Shown here: in pieces, positions 1 through 8,294 of the stretch
How positions within the stretch are numbered: the stretch's first letter is position 1
Layout: each line of letters starts with the position of its first letter
Assembly: GCA_009780445.1 (NCBI GenBank)
Contig: WRAA01000002.1
Span: 1-32,876, forward strand
Direction: 5' to 3'
Source of the DNA: Defluviitaleaceae bacterium
Lineage (GTDB): Bacteria > Bacillota > Clostridia > Lachnospirales > WRAA01
DNA length: 32,876 nt
Notes under the pieces: generated by a model
Seen by the model: only the letters and a program-made list of their open reading frames with translations
Databases searched by the model: none
Told to the model about the DNA's origin: nothing
Made by a program: the position numbers and the translations under genes

Positions 1-190
1 CGCCGGAATGGGGTTTTCAAACACGCCCTAGGAAGCGACGACGACGCGAACCCTTGTGGTTCGCTAGAATGCTGTGTGCCGGTGGCACACGTCTAGCATC
101 CGGAGCGTCAGCGTAGGAAAAAGTTGACGACGCACGGCGGAAAATTTGCCGAAAATGCGCCGAAATGGGGTTTTCAAACACGCCCTAAAC
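1..190. repeat. Mosaic, window-truncated member of the intergenic palindromic repeat family (copy C)
   Basis: A 30-nt direct repeat cgccgRaatggggttttcaaacacgcccta occurs at 1-30 and 159-188. Three internal modules align by eye with the arms and centre of the 164-nt elements at 14127 and 17335: taggaagcgacgacg (29-43), the hairpin gcgaaccc-ttgt-ggttcgc (46-64) and taggaaaaagttgacgacgca (114-134). An extra hairpin lies at 69-99. The left edge is cut by the window. Confidence 0.6.
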
Positions 191-262
191 CTATTATACC
201 GAAAACCTAAGCACATTACAATAGAGAATTACAAAGTATATCATCTCACCCGGAATTGCGGA

Positions 263-299
263 CACAAAAAAAGCTTCCGCACAGAAGCTCTTTTGTGTT
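263..299 (-). terminator. Rho-independent terminator downstream of rpmE
   Basis: The minus strand reads acacaaaagagcttc-tgtgcg-gaagcttttttt, a GC-containing hairpin followed by a T7 run, 12 nt after the rpmE stop. Confidence 0.7.
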
Positions 300-310
300 C
301 GGCACGCCCG

Positions 311-523
311 TTACTGGGCGTCCTTCATGCCATACTTCTTCTTGAACTTCTCGACACGCCCGCCGGCTTCCAGCAGAAGCTTCTGCGAACCTGTATAGAA
401 CGGGTGGCACTTGGAGCATACTTCTACACGTATCTCTTCCTTCGTGGAGCCTGCAACGAACTCGTTTCCGCAGTTGCAGCGCACTTTTGCCCGGAAGTAC
501 GCGGGGTGCAGTCCTTTTCTCAT
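311..523 (-). CDS. rpmE: 50S ribosomal protein L31, Zn-ribbon (type A) form
   Basis: The internal Met of ORF 311..625 gives [22 protein letters not shown]...[10 protein letters not shown], 70 aa with the L31 signature and CxC...CxxC. A GAGGTG RBS lies 7 nt upstream of the ATG at 523. The upstream 34 codons of the ORF-track model are Arg-rich junk. Confidence 0.95.
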   Translation of the reverse strand: MRKGLHPAYFRAKVRCNCGNEFVAGSTKEEIRVEVCSKCHPFYTGSQKLLLEAGGRVEKFKKKYGMKDAQ

Positions 524-575
524 TATCGTCACCTCTTCAGATATTCGGACACATGTTGGCGTCCCGATCCTGCGC

Positions 576-604
576 ATTATACCACACCCGCGCCGTCTGC
601 GCAA
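576..604 (-). promoter_or_regulatory. Sigma-A type promoter for rpmE
   Basis: The minus strand reads TTGCGC-17 nt-TATAAT with a TGg extended -10, about 50 nt upstream of the rpmE start. Confidence 0.55.
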
Positions 605-618
605 GCCCCAACTTTGGC

Positions 619-646
619 TTGACAATTCCTAGTGTTGTGCTAGAAT
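619..646 (+). promoter_or_regulatory. Sigma-A type promoter for the malic enzyme gene
   Basis: TTGACA (619-624), a 16-nt spacer and TAGAAT (641-646) preceded by TGc. A GGAAGGAG RBS at 681-688 precedes the ATG at 696. Confidence 0.6.
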
Positions 647-695
647 ATCATTAACGAATATCAACGACCTACACCGTATTGGAAGGAGCTAGTAC

Positions 696-1868
696 ATGAA
701 CTACAACGAGCTTGCGATCGAGCGTCACCGCGAATGGAAGGGTAAGCTGGACATCGTGCCGAAATGCCCCGTTACGAGCAAGGAGGATCTAAGCGTTGCC
801 TACACCCCGGGCGTGGCCGCGCCCTGCCTCGAGATCTCGAAGGATGTTGAGAAGAGCTACGAATTCACGGGGCGCGGCAACACCGTGGCGGTTGTCACCG
901 ACGGCACAGCCGTGCTTGGGCTGGGCGACATCGGGCCGGAGGCCGGTATGCCCGTGATGGAGGGCAAGTGCGTGCTGTTTAAGGCCTTCGGCGGGGTCAA
1001 CGCCATACCCCTGTGCGTGCGCACCAAGGACGTAGACGAGATCGTGCGTACCGTAGTGCTCTTGGCCGGCAGCTTCGGCGCGGTCAACCTGGAGGATATC
1101 GCCGCGCCGCGCTGCTTCGAGATCGAGCGCAGGCTCAAGGCCGTGTGCGACATACCCATCTTCCACGACGACCAGCACGGCACGGCCATCGTGGTACTGG
1201 CAGCAATGGTGAACGCGCTGAAGCTGACCGGGCGCGAGCTGGAGAGCGTCAGCGTTGTTGTTGCGGGCGCGGGCGCGGCCGGCATTGCCCTCACAAACCT
1301 GCTTATGGCCGTCGGCCTGCGCGATGTGGTCCTGGTGGACAGCGCCGGCGCGATCTACGAAGGCCGCGGCGGCCTAAACGGCGAGAAGCAGACGATCGCC
1401 AAGGTCTCGAACCGGCTGATGAAGAAGGGCGGCCTGGGTGATGTCGTGCAGGGCGCGGACGTGTTCATCGGCGTGGCACAGCCCGGCATACTCACGCCCG
1501 ACATGGTGCGCTCTATGGCGGCGAGCCCCATTGTGTTCCCGTGCAGCAACCCCACGCCCGAGATCATGCCGGATCTTGCCAAGCAGGCGGGCGCGGCAGT
1601 TGTCGGCACCGGCCGCAGTGACTTCGCAAACCAGATCAACAACTCCCTGGCCTTCCCCGGCGTACTGCGCGGAGCCTTGGACGTTCGCGCGTCAGACATC
1701 AACGACGAAATGAAGATCGCCGCGGCCTACGCCATAGCCGCCCTGGTCTCCGACGCCGAACTCACCGCCGACTACATCCTGCCACCCACCTTCGACCCGC
1801 GCGTGGCCGAGGCCGTGGCCAAGGCCGTTTCCGCCGCCGCCCGCTCAAGCGGAGTGAGCCGGCTCTAA
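696..1868 (+). CDS. NAD(P)-dependent malic enzyme, short form without a PTA domain
   Basis: 390 aa. The N-terminus HREWKGKL...YTPGVA, the GTAVLGLGDIGP segment and the GAGAAG Rossmann motif are typical of prokaryotic short malic enzymes. Confidence 0.9.
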   Translation: MNYNELAIERHREWKGKLDIVPKCPVTSKEDLSVAYTPGVAAPCLEISKDVEKSYEFTGRGNTVAVVTDGTAVLGLGDIGPEAGMPVMEGKCVLFKAFGGVNAIPLCVRTKDVDEIVRTVVLLAGSFGAVNLEDIAAPRCFEIERRLKAVCDIPIFHDDQHGTAIVVLAAMVNALKLTGRELESVSVVVAGAGAAGIALTNLLMAVGLRDVVLVDSAGAIYEGRGGLNGEKQTIAKVSNRLMKKGGLGDVVQGADVFIGVAQPGILTPDMVRSMAASPIVFPCSNPTPEIMPDLAKQAGAAVVGTGRSDFANQINNSLAFPGVLRGALDVRASDINDEMKIAAAYAIAALVSDAELTADYILPPTFDPRVAEAVAKAVSAAARSSGVSRL

Positions 1869-1910
1869 CGCCGCTACAGCCGGAGTTATAAGAAAACATT
1901 ACCAACACTA

Positions 1911-1939
1911 TTGCAAACTCTCTCAAAACGTGTTATAAT
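1911..1939 (+). promoter_or_regulatory. Strong sigma-A type promoter for the two-gene module 1993-2839
   Basis: TTGCAA (1911-1916), a 17-nt spacer and TATAAT (1934-1939) with a TGt extended -10. A 7-bp hairpin atacgga/tccgtat lies in the short leader. Confidence 0.65.
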
Positions 1940-1992
1940 TACAGCATATACGGAGCTTGATTCCGTATAAAACTATCCGATGAGGCAGCTTA

Positions 1993-2283
1993 ATGAGTGA
2001 GTGGGGAGCGCGTTTTCTGATTTCAGCAGTAGAAACTTCGCCGTTTATGGTGCTGTCCATTCTGACGTTCTACTTCATTCAGCGCAACAACATCAAAACT
2101 ACCGAAGCACTGGAGAAACAGCATTCCCAAGCAATCGTCAGCCTGCAGGAACAGCACACTAACGCAGTAAAAGCACTGCAAGACCAGCACAACACCGCAT
2201 TACACACGCTGCAAAAAAATTATGACACCCTAATCGGCAAGGCCGATATATCAGCCGGAAAGGAGGGCATGTCGCATGGCTAA
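1993..2283 (+). CDS. Small single-pass membrane protein, BhlA/UviB holin-like N-terminus plus 11-residue repeat tail
   Basis: 96 aa. A GAGG RBS lies 7 nt upstream. The segment SPFMVLSILTFYFIQRNN resembles the GPFAVLFxWLLFYVMK core of BhlA/UviB family peptides (recalled, not searched). The tail is four tandem 11-aa repeats. GC is visibly lower than in the neighbouring genes. Confidence 0.6.
   Translation: MSEWGARFLISAVETSPFMVLSILTFYFIQRNNIKTTEALEKQHSQAIVSLQEQHTNAVKALQDQHNTALHTLQKNYDTLIGKADISAGKEGMSHG
2110..2241 (+). repeat. Four in-frame tandem 33-nt (11-codon) repeats inside ORF 1993-2283
   Basis: The repeats read LEKQHSQAIVS / LQEQHTNAVKA / LQDQHNTALHT / LQKNYDTLIGK. The nucleotide units begin ctggagaaacag, ctgcaggaacag, ctgcaagaccag and ctgcaaaaaaat. 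Confidence 0.85.
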
Positions 2284-2839
2284 CATACCGGTATTCGCTG
2301 TTTTCCTTCTGTTTCTGTACGCAATTTCGCTCATATACTCCCGATATGTTTACAAGGGCGCGGTCAGCGCGAACCGGACGCACCTCGAGAGAGCCAAGAT
2401 CCACGCCGACATGCTCGCCCTGAAGTTTGAGTTCGACGCACACTGCACCGGCGGCGGTTTCTCTGAATCCGCGGAGATAAAGGGTTATGTTCAAACCGGC
2501 ATGAGACACTTTTTCGGCATAGATTATCCCGATCTGGACAAGATCAAGTTTCAGTCCCGGCTTATGCGCTTGCCAATAGAAGAGTTCAGCCGCGCTTCCG
2601 AGCTTGAAAAGAAGCTTCTGAACGATTACTCCGATATCCTGGAGCGTCTGTGCAAGGTTAACCAGCCCGCGAAGTACCGGCTGCTGAGTCTAAAAAAAAT
2701 CGCGCAGAGGCAGATGCTGTCACTTGTTGTCAGGTTCTTGATCTACATGTTGGAGCAACGTGAGAAAGCTCTGAATTCGCCGCGTGGCGAGGAAGTCGAG
2801 CTTGTACTTGTTCCGCGTGACGCGGCACAGGTTGCCTAA
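2276..2839 (+). CDS. Hypothetical protein with an N-terminal transmembrane helix
   Basis: 187 aa. Its ATG overlaps the upstream stop in ATGGCTAA (8-nt overlap, suggesting translational coupling). An AAGGAGG lies upstream. I recognise no family. Confidence 0.6.
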   Translation: MANIPVFAVFLLFLYAISLIYSRYVYKGAVSANRTHLERAKIHADMLALKFEFDAHCTGGGFSESAEIKGYVQTGMRHFFGIDYPDLDKIKFQSRLMRLPIEEFSRASELEKKLLNDYSDILERLCKVNQPAKYRLLSLKKIAQRQMLSLVVRFLIYMLEQREKALNSPRGEEVELVLVPRDAAQVA

Positions 2840-2878
2840 ATTGTAACTATAGCCAATAATTCCGAGCATAATTCTGTA

Positions 2879-2910
2879 GGGCAATACGAGTCAAGCTTGT
2901 ATTGCCCTTT
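2879..2910 (+). terminator. Putative rho-independent terminator closing the two-gene module
   Basis: Perfect 9-bp stem gggcaatac (2879-2887) / gtattgccc (2899-2907) with an 11-nt loop, followed by tttgcgtt. Confidence 0.5.
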
Positions 2911-2928
2911 GCGTTAGGACTGTTTGCT

Positions 2929-3558
2929 ATGAAGCATGTCATAAGGACGGCACTTCGCGCTGTGGTGCTTGCGGTGTTGATGTTTGCCGCGTTTATCGCC
3001 GTGGCGACGCTTACGCCTGTCGGGGTCGGGGCGGATTATGACGAGGTTCGGGGAATTTTCGGCCTTGTGGCCGCCTTTGGCGTGTTGTTTGTGTACTTTA
3101 TCGCCGCGGAGTACGTGAAGGATCTTCGAAGAGACGGCATCAAGCACCACATCACCGGCATAGGCATCGGGCTGAAGCTGATGCTGCCGCCGTTTGCCGC
3201 CATGCCTGCGGCAGGGGCGCTGCCCTTCGGCGAAGCTGTTAGCGGCACGATTATTGCCGCCGCCGCAAGTTCCTGGATTGGTACGATGCTCTACGTATTT
3301 GCGTGTAAGTTCGGCAGAACCGGCGAACCCTTCGCGCCGCGGTATGCCGCCAAGATAGCGGCCGTTTGCGCGGCGTTCGGCGGTGCCGCCAATTTGTTGG
3401 CGGTGTTGGCCTTCGGCGCGGCCGGCTGGAGCTACACCGCCGGAACGGCTCCGATTTTCGGGATTATCGCCGGCATGGTGTGTTTGATGCGGCTGTTCCC
3501 GCAGGCGTATAGGGATTTTGCCGAAATCGGCAAGGACGGACGTGGTTTGGATGTTTAG
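2929..3558 (+). CDS. Hypothetical polytopic membrane protein (Ala/Gly-rich)
   Basis: ORF 2902..3558. I prefer the ATG at 2929 (MKHVIRTALRAVVLAVLMF...) because the TTG at 2902 lies inside the terminator hairpin. It has several hydrophobic segments and host-like high GC3. The RBS is weak (AGGA 9 nt upstream). Confidence 0.55.
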   Translation: MKHVIRTALRAVVLAVLMFAAFIAVATLTPVGVGADYDEVRGIFGLVAAFGVLFVYFIAAEYVKDLRRDGIKHHITGIGIGLKLMLPPFAAMPAAGALPFGEAVSGTIIAAAASSWIGTMLYVFACKFGRTGEPFAPRYAAKIAAVCAAFGGAANLLAVLAFGAAGWSYTAGTAPIFGIIAGMVCLMRLFPQAYRDFAEIGKDGRGLDV

Positions 3559-3934
3559 CCGTAAATTTAAGATGGTGGCCAGGCTGGTGGCGATGGGTCT
3601 GGTCTTTGGCCTTTCGTCGGCGGTGCTGACGCCGATATTGGTGGGCGAGTATGTCCGCGGCATTGCCGGCGGCGTGGCGTCTGCCGTGGTCGCCGGCGTG
3701 GTGGTGTTCATGTTCCTGCTGTTCGAGAACGCTGTGCCCGTTGCAGCGCGGATCGCGGCGCAGGGCGTGCTTGTGGGCATCGTCACGATGGCGGTGTTGA
3801 ACCTTATGACACTTGACTGGAACTTCAGCATCATAGGCGGCGCGGCGGTTCTTGGCTATGCGAGCGTCTACATAAATCCGCTGATTCTTGCGAACAAGGA
3901 CGGCACGAAAGAGGATGACGACAGTGGAGTTTAA
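3551..3934 (+). CDS. Hypothetical polytopic membrane protein
   Basis: ORF 3518..3934. The ATG at 3551 overlaps the upstream stop in ATGTTTAG. A TTG at 3518 is the alternative start. About four hydrophobic helices. The 3' end overlaps the uvrB start by about 20 nt. The start is uncertain and I recognise no family. Confidence 0.5.
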   Translation: MFSRKFKMVARLVAMGLVFGLSSAVLTPILVGEYVRGIAGGVASAVVAGVVVFMFLLFENAVPVAARIAAQGVLVGIVTMAVLNLMTLDWNFSIIGGAAVLGYASVYINPLILANKDGTKEDDDSGV

Positions 3935-5921
3935 GATCGAAGCGCCCTTCGAGCCGACGGGGGATCAGCCTGCCGCCATAAACGCGCTGGCGCAGGGTTT
4001 TGCGGAAGGCAAGAAGTTCCAGACGCTGATGGGCGTGACGGGTTCGGGCAAGACGTTTACCATGGCGCATATCATACAGCGTTTGCAGAAGCCCACACTG
4101 GTGATGGCGCACAACAAGACCCTCGCGGCACAGCTCTACAACGAGTTCAAGGAGTTCTTCCCACACAACGCGGTTGAGTACTTCGTCAGCTACTACGACT
4201 ATTACCAGCCGGAGGCCTATGTGCCGTCCAGCGATACCTATATCGAGAAGGACTCCAGCGTAAACGACGAGATCGACAAGCTGCGCCATTCCGCTACGGC
4301 GATGCTCTTCGAGCGCAAGGACGTAATCATCATCGCCAGCGTAAGCTGCATCTACGGCCTGGGCGACCCTATCGACTACAACGAGATGTGCCTGACCCTG
4401 CGCGTAGGCGTGGCGAAGGATCGCGACGAGTGTCTGCGCAAGCTGATCGAGATCCAGTACGACCGCAACGACATGAACTTTGTGCGCGGAACCTTCCGCG
4501 TGCGCGGCGACGTGGTGGAGATCTTCCCGTCATACTCCAGCGATCGGGCATACCGCGTGGAGTTCTTCGGTGACGAGATCGACCGTATCAGCGAGATCAA
4601 CACCCTCACCGGCGAGGTGTTCGGATACCTCAAGCACGTTACGATCTACCCCGCGTCGCACTACGTAACGTCGCGGCCAAAGCTGGAGCTGGCCATAGCC
4701 GCCATCGAGCAGGAGCTGCAGGAGCGCGTGGCCGAGTTCAAGCGCGACGACAGGCTGCTGGAGGCGCAGCGGCTTATGCAGCGCACCAACTACGATATCG
4801 AGATGCTGCGCGAGATCGGCTTCTGCTCCGGCATCGAGAACTATTCGCGCCACCTTTCGGGCAGGCCGCCCGGCAGCACGCCCCACACCCTGATAGACTA
4901 CTTCCCGGAGGACTTCCTCATAATCGCCGACGAATCCCACGTGACGATCCCCCAGGTGCGCGGAATGTACGAGGGCGATAAGTCCCGCAAGACCGTGCTG
5001 GTGGACTTCGGCTTCCGCCTGCCCTCCGCGCTGGACAACCGCCCGCTGAAGTTCCCCGAATACGAGGCCAAGATCAACCGGCTCCTGTTCGTGTCGGCAA
5101 CGCCCTCTGTCTACGAAAAGGCGCATGAGGAACAGCTTGTGGAACAGGTGATCCGCCCGACAGGTCTGCTTGATCCGGAGATCTTCATACGCCCCATAGC
5201 CGGCCAGATAGACGACCTTATGGGCGAGATCAACGCGACGACGGCCAAGGGTTTTAAGTCCCTTGTGACGACGCTTACGAAGAAGATGGCCGAGGATCTA
5301 ACGAGATACCTGCAAGACCACGGCACACGCGTGCGCTACCTCCATTCCGACATCGACACGCTGGAGAGGCTGGAGATCATCCGCGATCTGCGGCTGGACG
5401 TGTTCGACGTGCTGGTGGGCATCAACCTTCTGCGCGAAGGGCTGGACATCCCCGAGACCGCGCTGGTGGCGATCTTGGACGCGGACAAGGAGGGCTTCCT
5501 GCGCTCCGAAACGTCCCTGATCCAGACCGTGGGGCGTGCGGCGCGTAACTCCGAATCGAAAGTGCTTATGTATGCCGACAACATCACAGGCTCCATGGAG
5601 CGCGCCATAGGCGAGACAAACCGCCGCCGACAAATCCAGATGGCCTACAACACCGAGCACGGCATCACGCCGACGACCATCATCCGCAAGGTTCACGACA
5701 TCATTAAGGCCGTGGAGGCTCCCGAAGAGCGCAAAAAACGGGGTCTCGAGAAAGACCCCGAATCTATGAGCGACGACGAGCTTCGCGCCGCAATCTCCGT
5801 GCTGGAAAAGGAGATGCACCGCGCCGCCGCCGACCTGCAGTTCGAACGCGCCGCCCAGCTGCGCGACGAAGTTATGGCAATGAAGAAGCAGCTCTTCGCG
5901 CCGCCATCAAACAAGCTATAA
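3915..5921 (+). CDS. uvrB: Excinuclease ABC subunit B
   Basis: [17 protein letters not shown], the Walker A motif GVTGSGKT, helicase motifs and the C-terminal UVR domain [16 protein letters not shown]. The start is either the ATG at 3915 or the GTG at 3924, the latter 9 nt after AAAGAGG. Confidence 0.95.
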   Translation: MTTVEFKIEAPFEPTGDQPAAINALAQGFAEGKKFQTLMGVTGSGKTFTMAHIIQRLQKPTLVMAHNKTLAAQLYNEFKEFFPHNAVEYFVSYYDYYQPEAYVPSSDTYIEKDSSVNDEIDKLRHSATAMLFERKDVIIIASVSCIYGLGDPIDYNEMCLTLRVGVAKDRDECLRKLIEIQYDRNDMNFVRGTFRVRGDVVEIFPSYSSDRAYRVEFFGDEIDRISEINTLTGEVFGYLKHVTIYPASHYVTSRPKLELAIAAIEQELQERVAEFKRDDRLLEAQRLMQRTNYDIEMLREIGFCSGIENYSRHLSGRPPGSTPHTLIDYFPEDFLIIADESHVTIPQVRGMYEGDKSRKTVLVDFGFRLPSALDNRPLKFPEYEAKINRLLFVSATPSVYEKAHEEQLVEQVIRPTGLLDPEIFIRPIAGQIDDLMGEINATTAKGFKSLVTTLTKKMAEDLTRYLQDHGTRVRYLHSDIDTLERLEIIRDLRLDVFDVLVGINLLREGLDIPETALVAILDADKEGFLRSETSLIQTVGRAARNSESKVLMYADNITGSMERAIGETNRRRQIQMAYNTEHGITPTTIIRKVHDIIKAVEAPEERKKRGLEKDPESMSDDELRAAISVLEKEMHRAAADLQFERAAQLRDEVMAMKKQLFAPPSNKL

Positions 5922-7328
5922 GATAAACTGGAGCAGGAACATTGCCGCGACTATCACCGAAACCGCGGAGATATCCCCGGACCGGCCGGTCACAAGCTTC
6001 AAAACGATGTGCGTTATCAGCGCAAGGCAGATTCCTATGCCGATGTTAAACGTGAACACCACGAAGATCAGCGCGACAAAGGCCGGAAGGTACTCGCTCA
6101 TGTCGTCGTAGTCCAGATCCTTCAGACCCGACAGCATCAGACAGCCCACGAATATCAGAGCCGGGGCGATAGCCACGTTCGGGATAAGGCGCACAAACGG
6201 GCCGATGAACAGCAGCAGCACCGTCAGAACCGCAACAACCAAGGATGTCAGCCCGGTTCTTCCCCCCGCGCCTACCCCTGTGGAGCCGGAGACAACCGTG
6301 GTGTTGGGCGCGCCGCCAAGCACCGCGCCGACTACGCTTGAGAGCGCGTCGGACATAACGCCCTTGTTAACATACTTCCTGCCCTCGATATCGTCGTCGT
6401 CCTTTACCAGCCCCGCGTTCTTGGCAATGCCGAAGGTTGTGGCGATAGCGTCCAGCGCGTTGGTCAGCACCAGGGCCAGCACGATGCTGAGGATAACGCC
6501 GATGACCGTGCCTACGGAACCGAATGTCCAGATCGTCGCGGCGTCAAAACCGAAGAAGCCGATCTCCAGCCAGTCGCTGAATTGTTCCCTCACTGTGGAA
6601 AGGTTTGGCGGCAGCTGGTGCGCGCCCGTGACATAGGCCAGGACCGTAGTCGCCACAATTGCGATCACAAAGGAAGCCTTCACCTGCTTATGGTGCAGGA
6701 AACCCAGGAATATCAGCCCGATGAAGGCCACTATCGCGCCCATGGCCGTTGCTCTGTAATCGGGGTTGGCAAGGTTGCGCGGGTTGAAGAACGTGACAAA
6801 TGTCGACGGCGTGCCAACAACCAGCCCGGCCAGCCTCACGCCCAGCAAGGTGATAAAGAGACCAATCGCGGGAACCGTGGCGATCTTGATGTTCTTGGGT
6901 ATGCCGTTTAAGATCTTGTCCGTAAGCCCGGTGACGGACAGGAACGAGAAGATAATGCCGGATATCAGGATCAGGAACATGCCGATCTGGTACTGCACCA
7001 CCCTGCTAAGGTTTTCGTTTCCGGAAACCAGCACGATCATCGGCATTGCGGTGAATGCGAAGTAGCTGGACGTTCCCATCGCCGGGTATACCACCAGCGG
7101 CATCCGCGCCAGGAAGGCCATGAACAAGCAGCCCACTACCGAGGCCATAACCACGGCGACAAACACCGCGTTAAAAACATTTGTCTCGCCGCCTGCGATC
7201 ATCCCTGGAACCGACAGTATGGTGAAGATCGACGCGAAAAAGCTGGTTAAACCGGCCAGCACCTCCGTCCGTACATTCGTTTCCACCTTTACATGCTTGG
7301 GCGAGAAAAACTCCAATACTTGATTCAC
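5916..7328 (-). CDS. NCS2/AzgA-family purine (adenine/guanine/hypoxanthine) permease
   Basis: [13 protein letters not shown]..., [11 protein letters not shown] and about 12 TM segments align by eye with PbuG/AzgA-type permeases. I chose the GTG start at 7328 because an AAGGGGGA RBS lies 4 nt upstream. The ORF-track ATG at 7385 would lie upstream of the -10 box. Confidence 0.85.
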   Translation of the reverse strand: MNQVLEFFSPKHVKVETNVRTEVLAGLTSFFASIFTILSVPGMIAGGETNVFNAVFVAVVMASVVGCLFMAFLARMPLVVYPAMGTSSYFAFTAMPMIVLVSGNENLSRVVQYQIGMFLILISGIIFSFLSVTGLTDKILNGIPKNIKIATVPAIGLFITLLGVRLAGLVVGTPSTFVTFFNPRNLANPDYRATAMGAIVAFIGLIFLGFLHHKQVKASFVIAIVATTVLAYVTGAHQLPPNLSTVREQFSDWLEIGFFGFDAATIWTFGSVGTVIGVILSIVLALVLTNALDAIATTFGIAKNAGLVKDDDDIEGRKYVNKGVMSDALSSVVGAVLGGAPNTTVVSGSTGVGAGGRTGLTSLVVAVLTVLLLFIGPFVRLIPNVAIAPALIFVGCLMLSGLKDLDYDDMSEYLPAFVALIFVVFTFNIGIGICLALITHIVLKLVTGRSGDISAVSVIVAAMFLLQFIL

Positions 7329-7373
7329 AATGTCCCCCTTATTTATGCAAATTATGTAATAATACCCACAATG

Positions 7374-7401
7374 ATTATACACCACGCCAAATATTTGTCA
7401 A
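7374..7401 (-). promoter_or_regulatory. Sigma-A type promoter for the purine permease gene
   Basis: The minus strand reads TTGACA (7396-7401), a 16-nt spacer and TATAAT (7374-7379) with a TGg-type extended -10. The leader is about 45 nt, too short for a purine riboswitch. Confidence 0.65.
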
Positions 7402-7410
7402 CACCATTCA

Positions 7411-7440
7411 AAAGGAGCCGCTGTGAAGTCGGCTCCTTTG
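7411..7440 (-). terminator. Rho-independent terminator ending the gntP-like/DUF1576/ileS/BI-1 transcription unit
   Basis: 10-bp stem aaaggagccg / cggctccttt with a 9-nt loop. The minus strand continues ttttgaa. Confidence 0.7.
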
Positions 7441-7481
7441 TGTTATACGAAATAGTATCAACCGGTTTGGCGTTTCTCCTC

Positions 7482-8228
7482 TTAGTCTCTGCGGCCGAGT
7501 ATGCGCAGCAGGAAGAGGAAGAGGTTGATAAAGGCGAGGTAGAGGCTTAACGCGCCCAGAATGGACAACTTGCCCACGACCTCTGGGCCGCCTTCGACTG
7601 CGTTCTGGATAAACTCCGATTTAAGGCGTTGCACGTGGTAGGCCGTGAGGCCGGAGAACACCGCAATACCCGCGATAGATATCAGGAAGTCCAGCTGGGA
7701 GCTGCCAAGGAAGAAGTTTATGACCATGGCGATGATGATGGCGATAAGCCCGATGAAAAATATGCGCCCCGCGGAGGAGAGGTCTGACTGCGTGGTGTAG
7801 CCGAACACGGCCATGATGCCGAAGAACACCGCGGCCATGGCAAACGCAAGGAAGATGGTGTCGGCGGCGTAGACGATGAAGATAAAGCTTAGGGTGAAGC
7901 CCGTGAGCGCAGAGTAGACCACAAACATCATACGCGCCACGCCAAGGCTAAGCTTGTGTATCGCGCCGCTAAGGGCAAACACTATGCCGAACTGCGCCAC
8001 AACAAACATGATGGTCAACATGAAGAAGTTTTCGGCAACGGCGGGGATGGAGTACAGGGCGAACAGCGACATCAGGCTGGTCACAGTGGTGATCAACAGG
8101 CCAAGGAACATCCAGCCGAACACGCCGCGCATGAAGTGGTGTACGTCATCCTCGGTGATGGAGTGGCGCGGGTTCGCGTCAAGGATGTCGCGACGATAGC
8201 GGCTGTCGTAGTCGTCATAATTTCTCAT
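7482..8228 (-). CDS. Bax inhibitor-1/YccA family membrane protein
   Basis: MRNYDDYDSRYRRD...FMRGVFGWMFLGLLITT and 7 TM segments are typical of BI-1/YccA. The ATG at 8228 is preceded by AAGGAGG with a 7-nt spacer. Confidence 0.85.
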   Translation of the reverse strand: MRNYDDYDSRYRRDILDANPRHSITEDDVHHFMRGVFGWMFLGLLITTVTSLMSLFALYSIPAVAENFFMLTIMFVVAQFGIVFALSGAIHKLSLGVARMMFVVYSALTGFTLSFIFIVYAADTIFLAFAMAAVFFGIMAVFGYTTQSDLSSAGRIFFIGLIAIIIAMVINFFLGSSQLDFLISIAGIAVFSGLTAYHVQRLKSEFIQNAVEGGPEVVGKLSILGALSLYLAFINLFLFLLRILGRRD

Positions 8229-8294
8229 TGCAAAACCTCCTTGTGATATAGTATAGCGGATTGGTGAAAAATATTCGGATTGCACAATTACACT

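Noticed and set aside
1-188. A 30-nt direct repeat pair that could suggest a CRISPR array
   Set aside because: Only two copies are visible. The 128-nt spacer is far too long and is itself structured and related to the palindromic repeat family. No cas genes are in the window.
146-622. A 158-aa plus-strand ORF overlapping rpmE, and the 104-aa extended version of rpmE
   Set aside because: The plus-strand ORF is antisense to a textbook L31 gene and spans its terminator and promoter. The extension of rpmE beyond the ATG at 523 lacks an RBS and would include the promoter sequence.
2914-3834. A 306-aa minus-strand ORF opposite the two membrane-protein ORFs
   Set aside because: The product is Arg/His/Lys/Pro-rich (RRKRRHGDKRGKHQHRKHH...), typical of the antisense frame of GC-rich membrane-protein genes. 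The plus-strand ORFs show coherent hydrophobic helices and GC3 bias.
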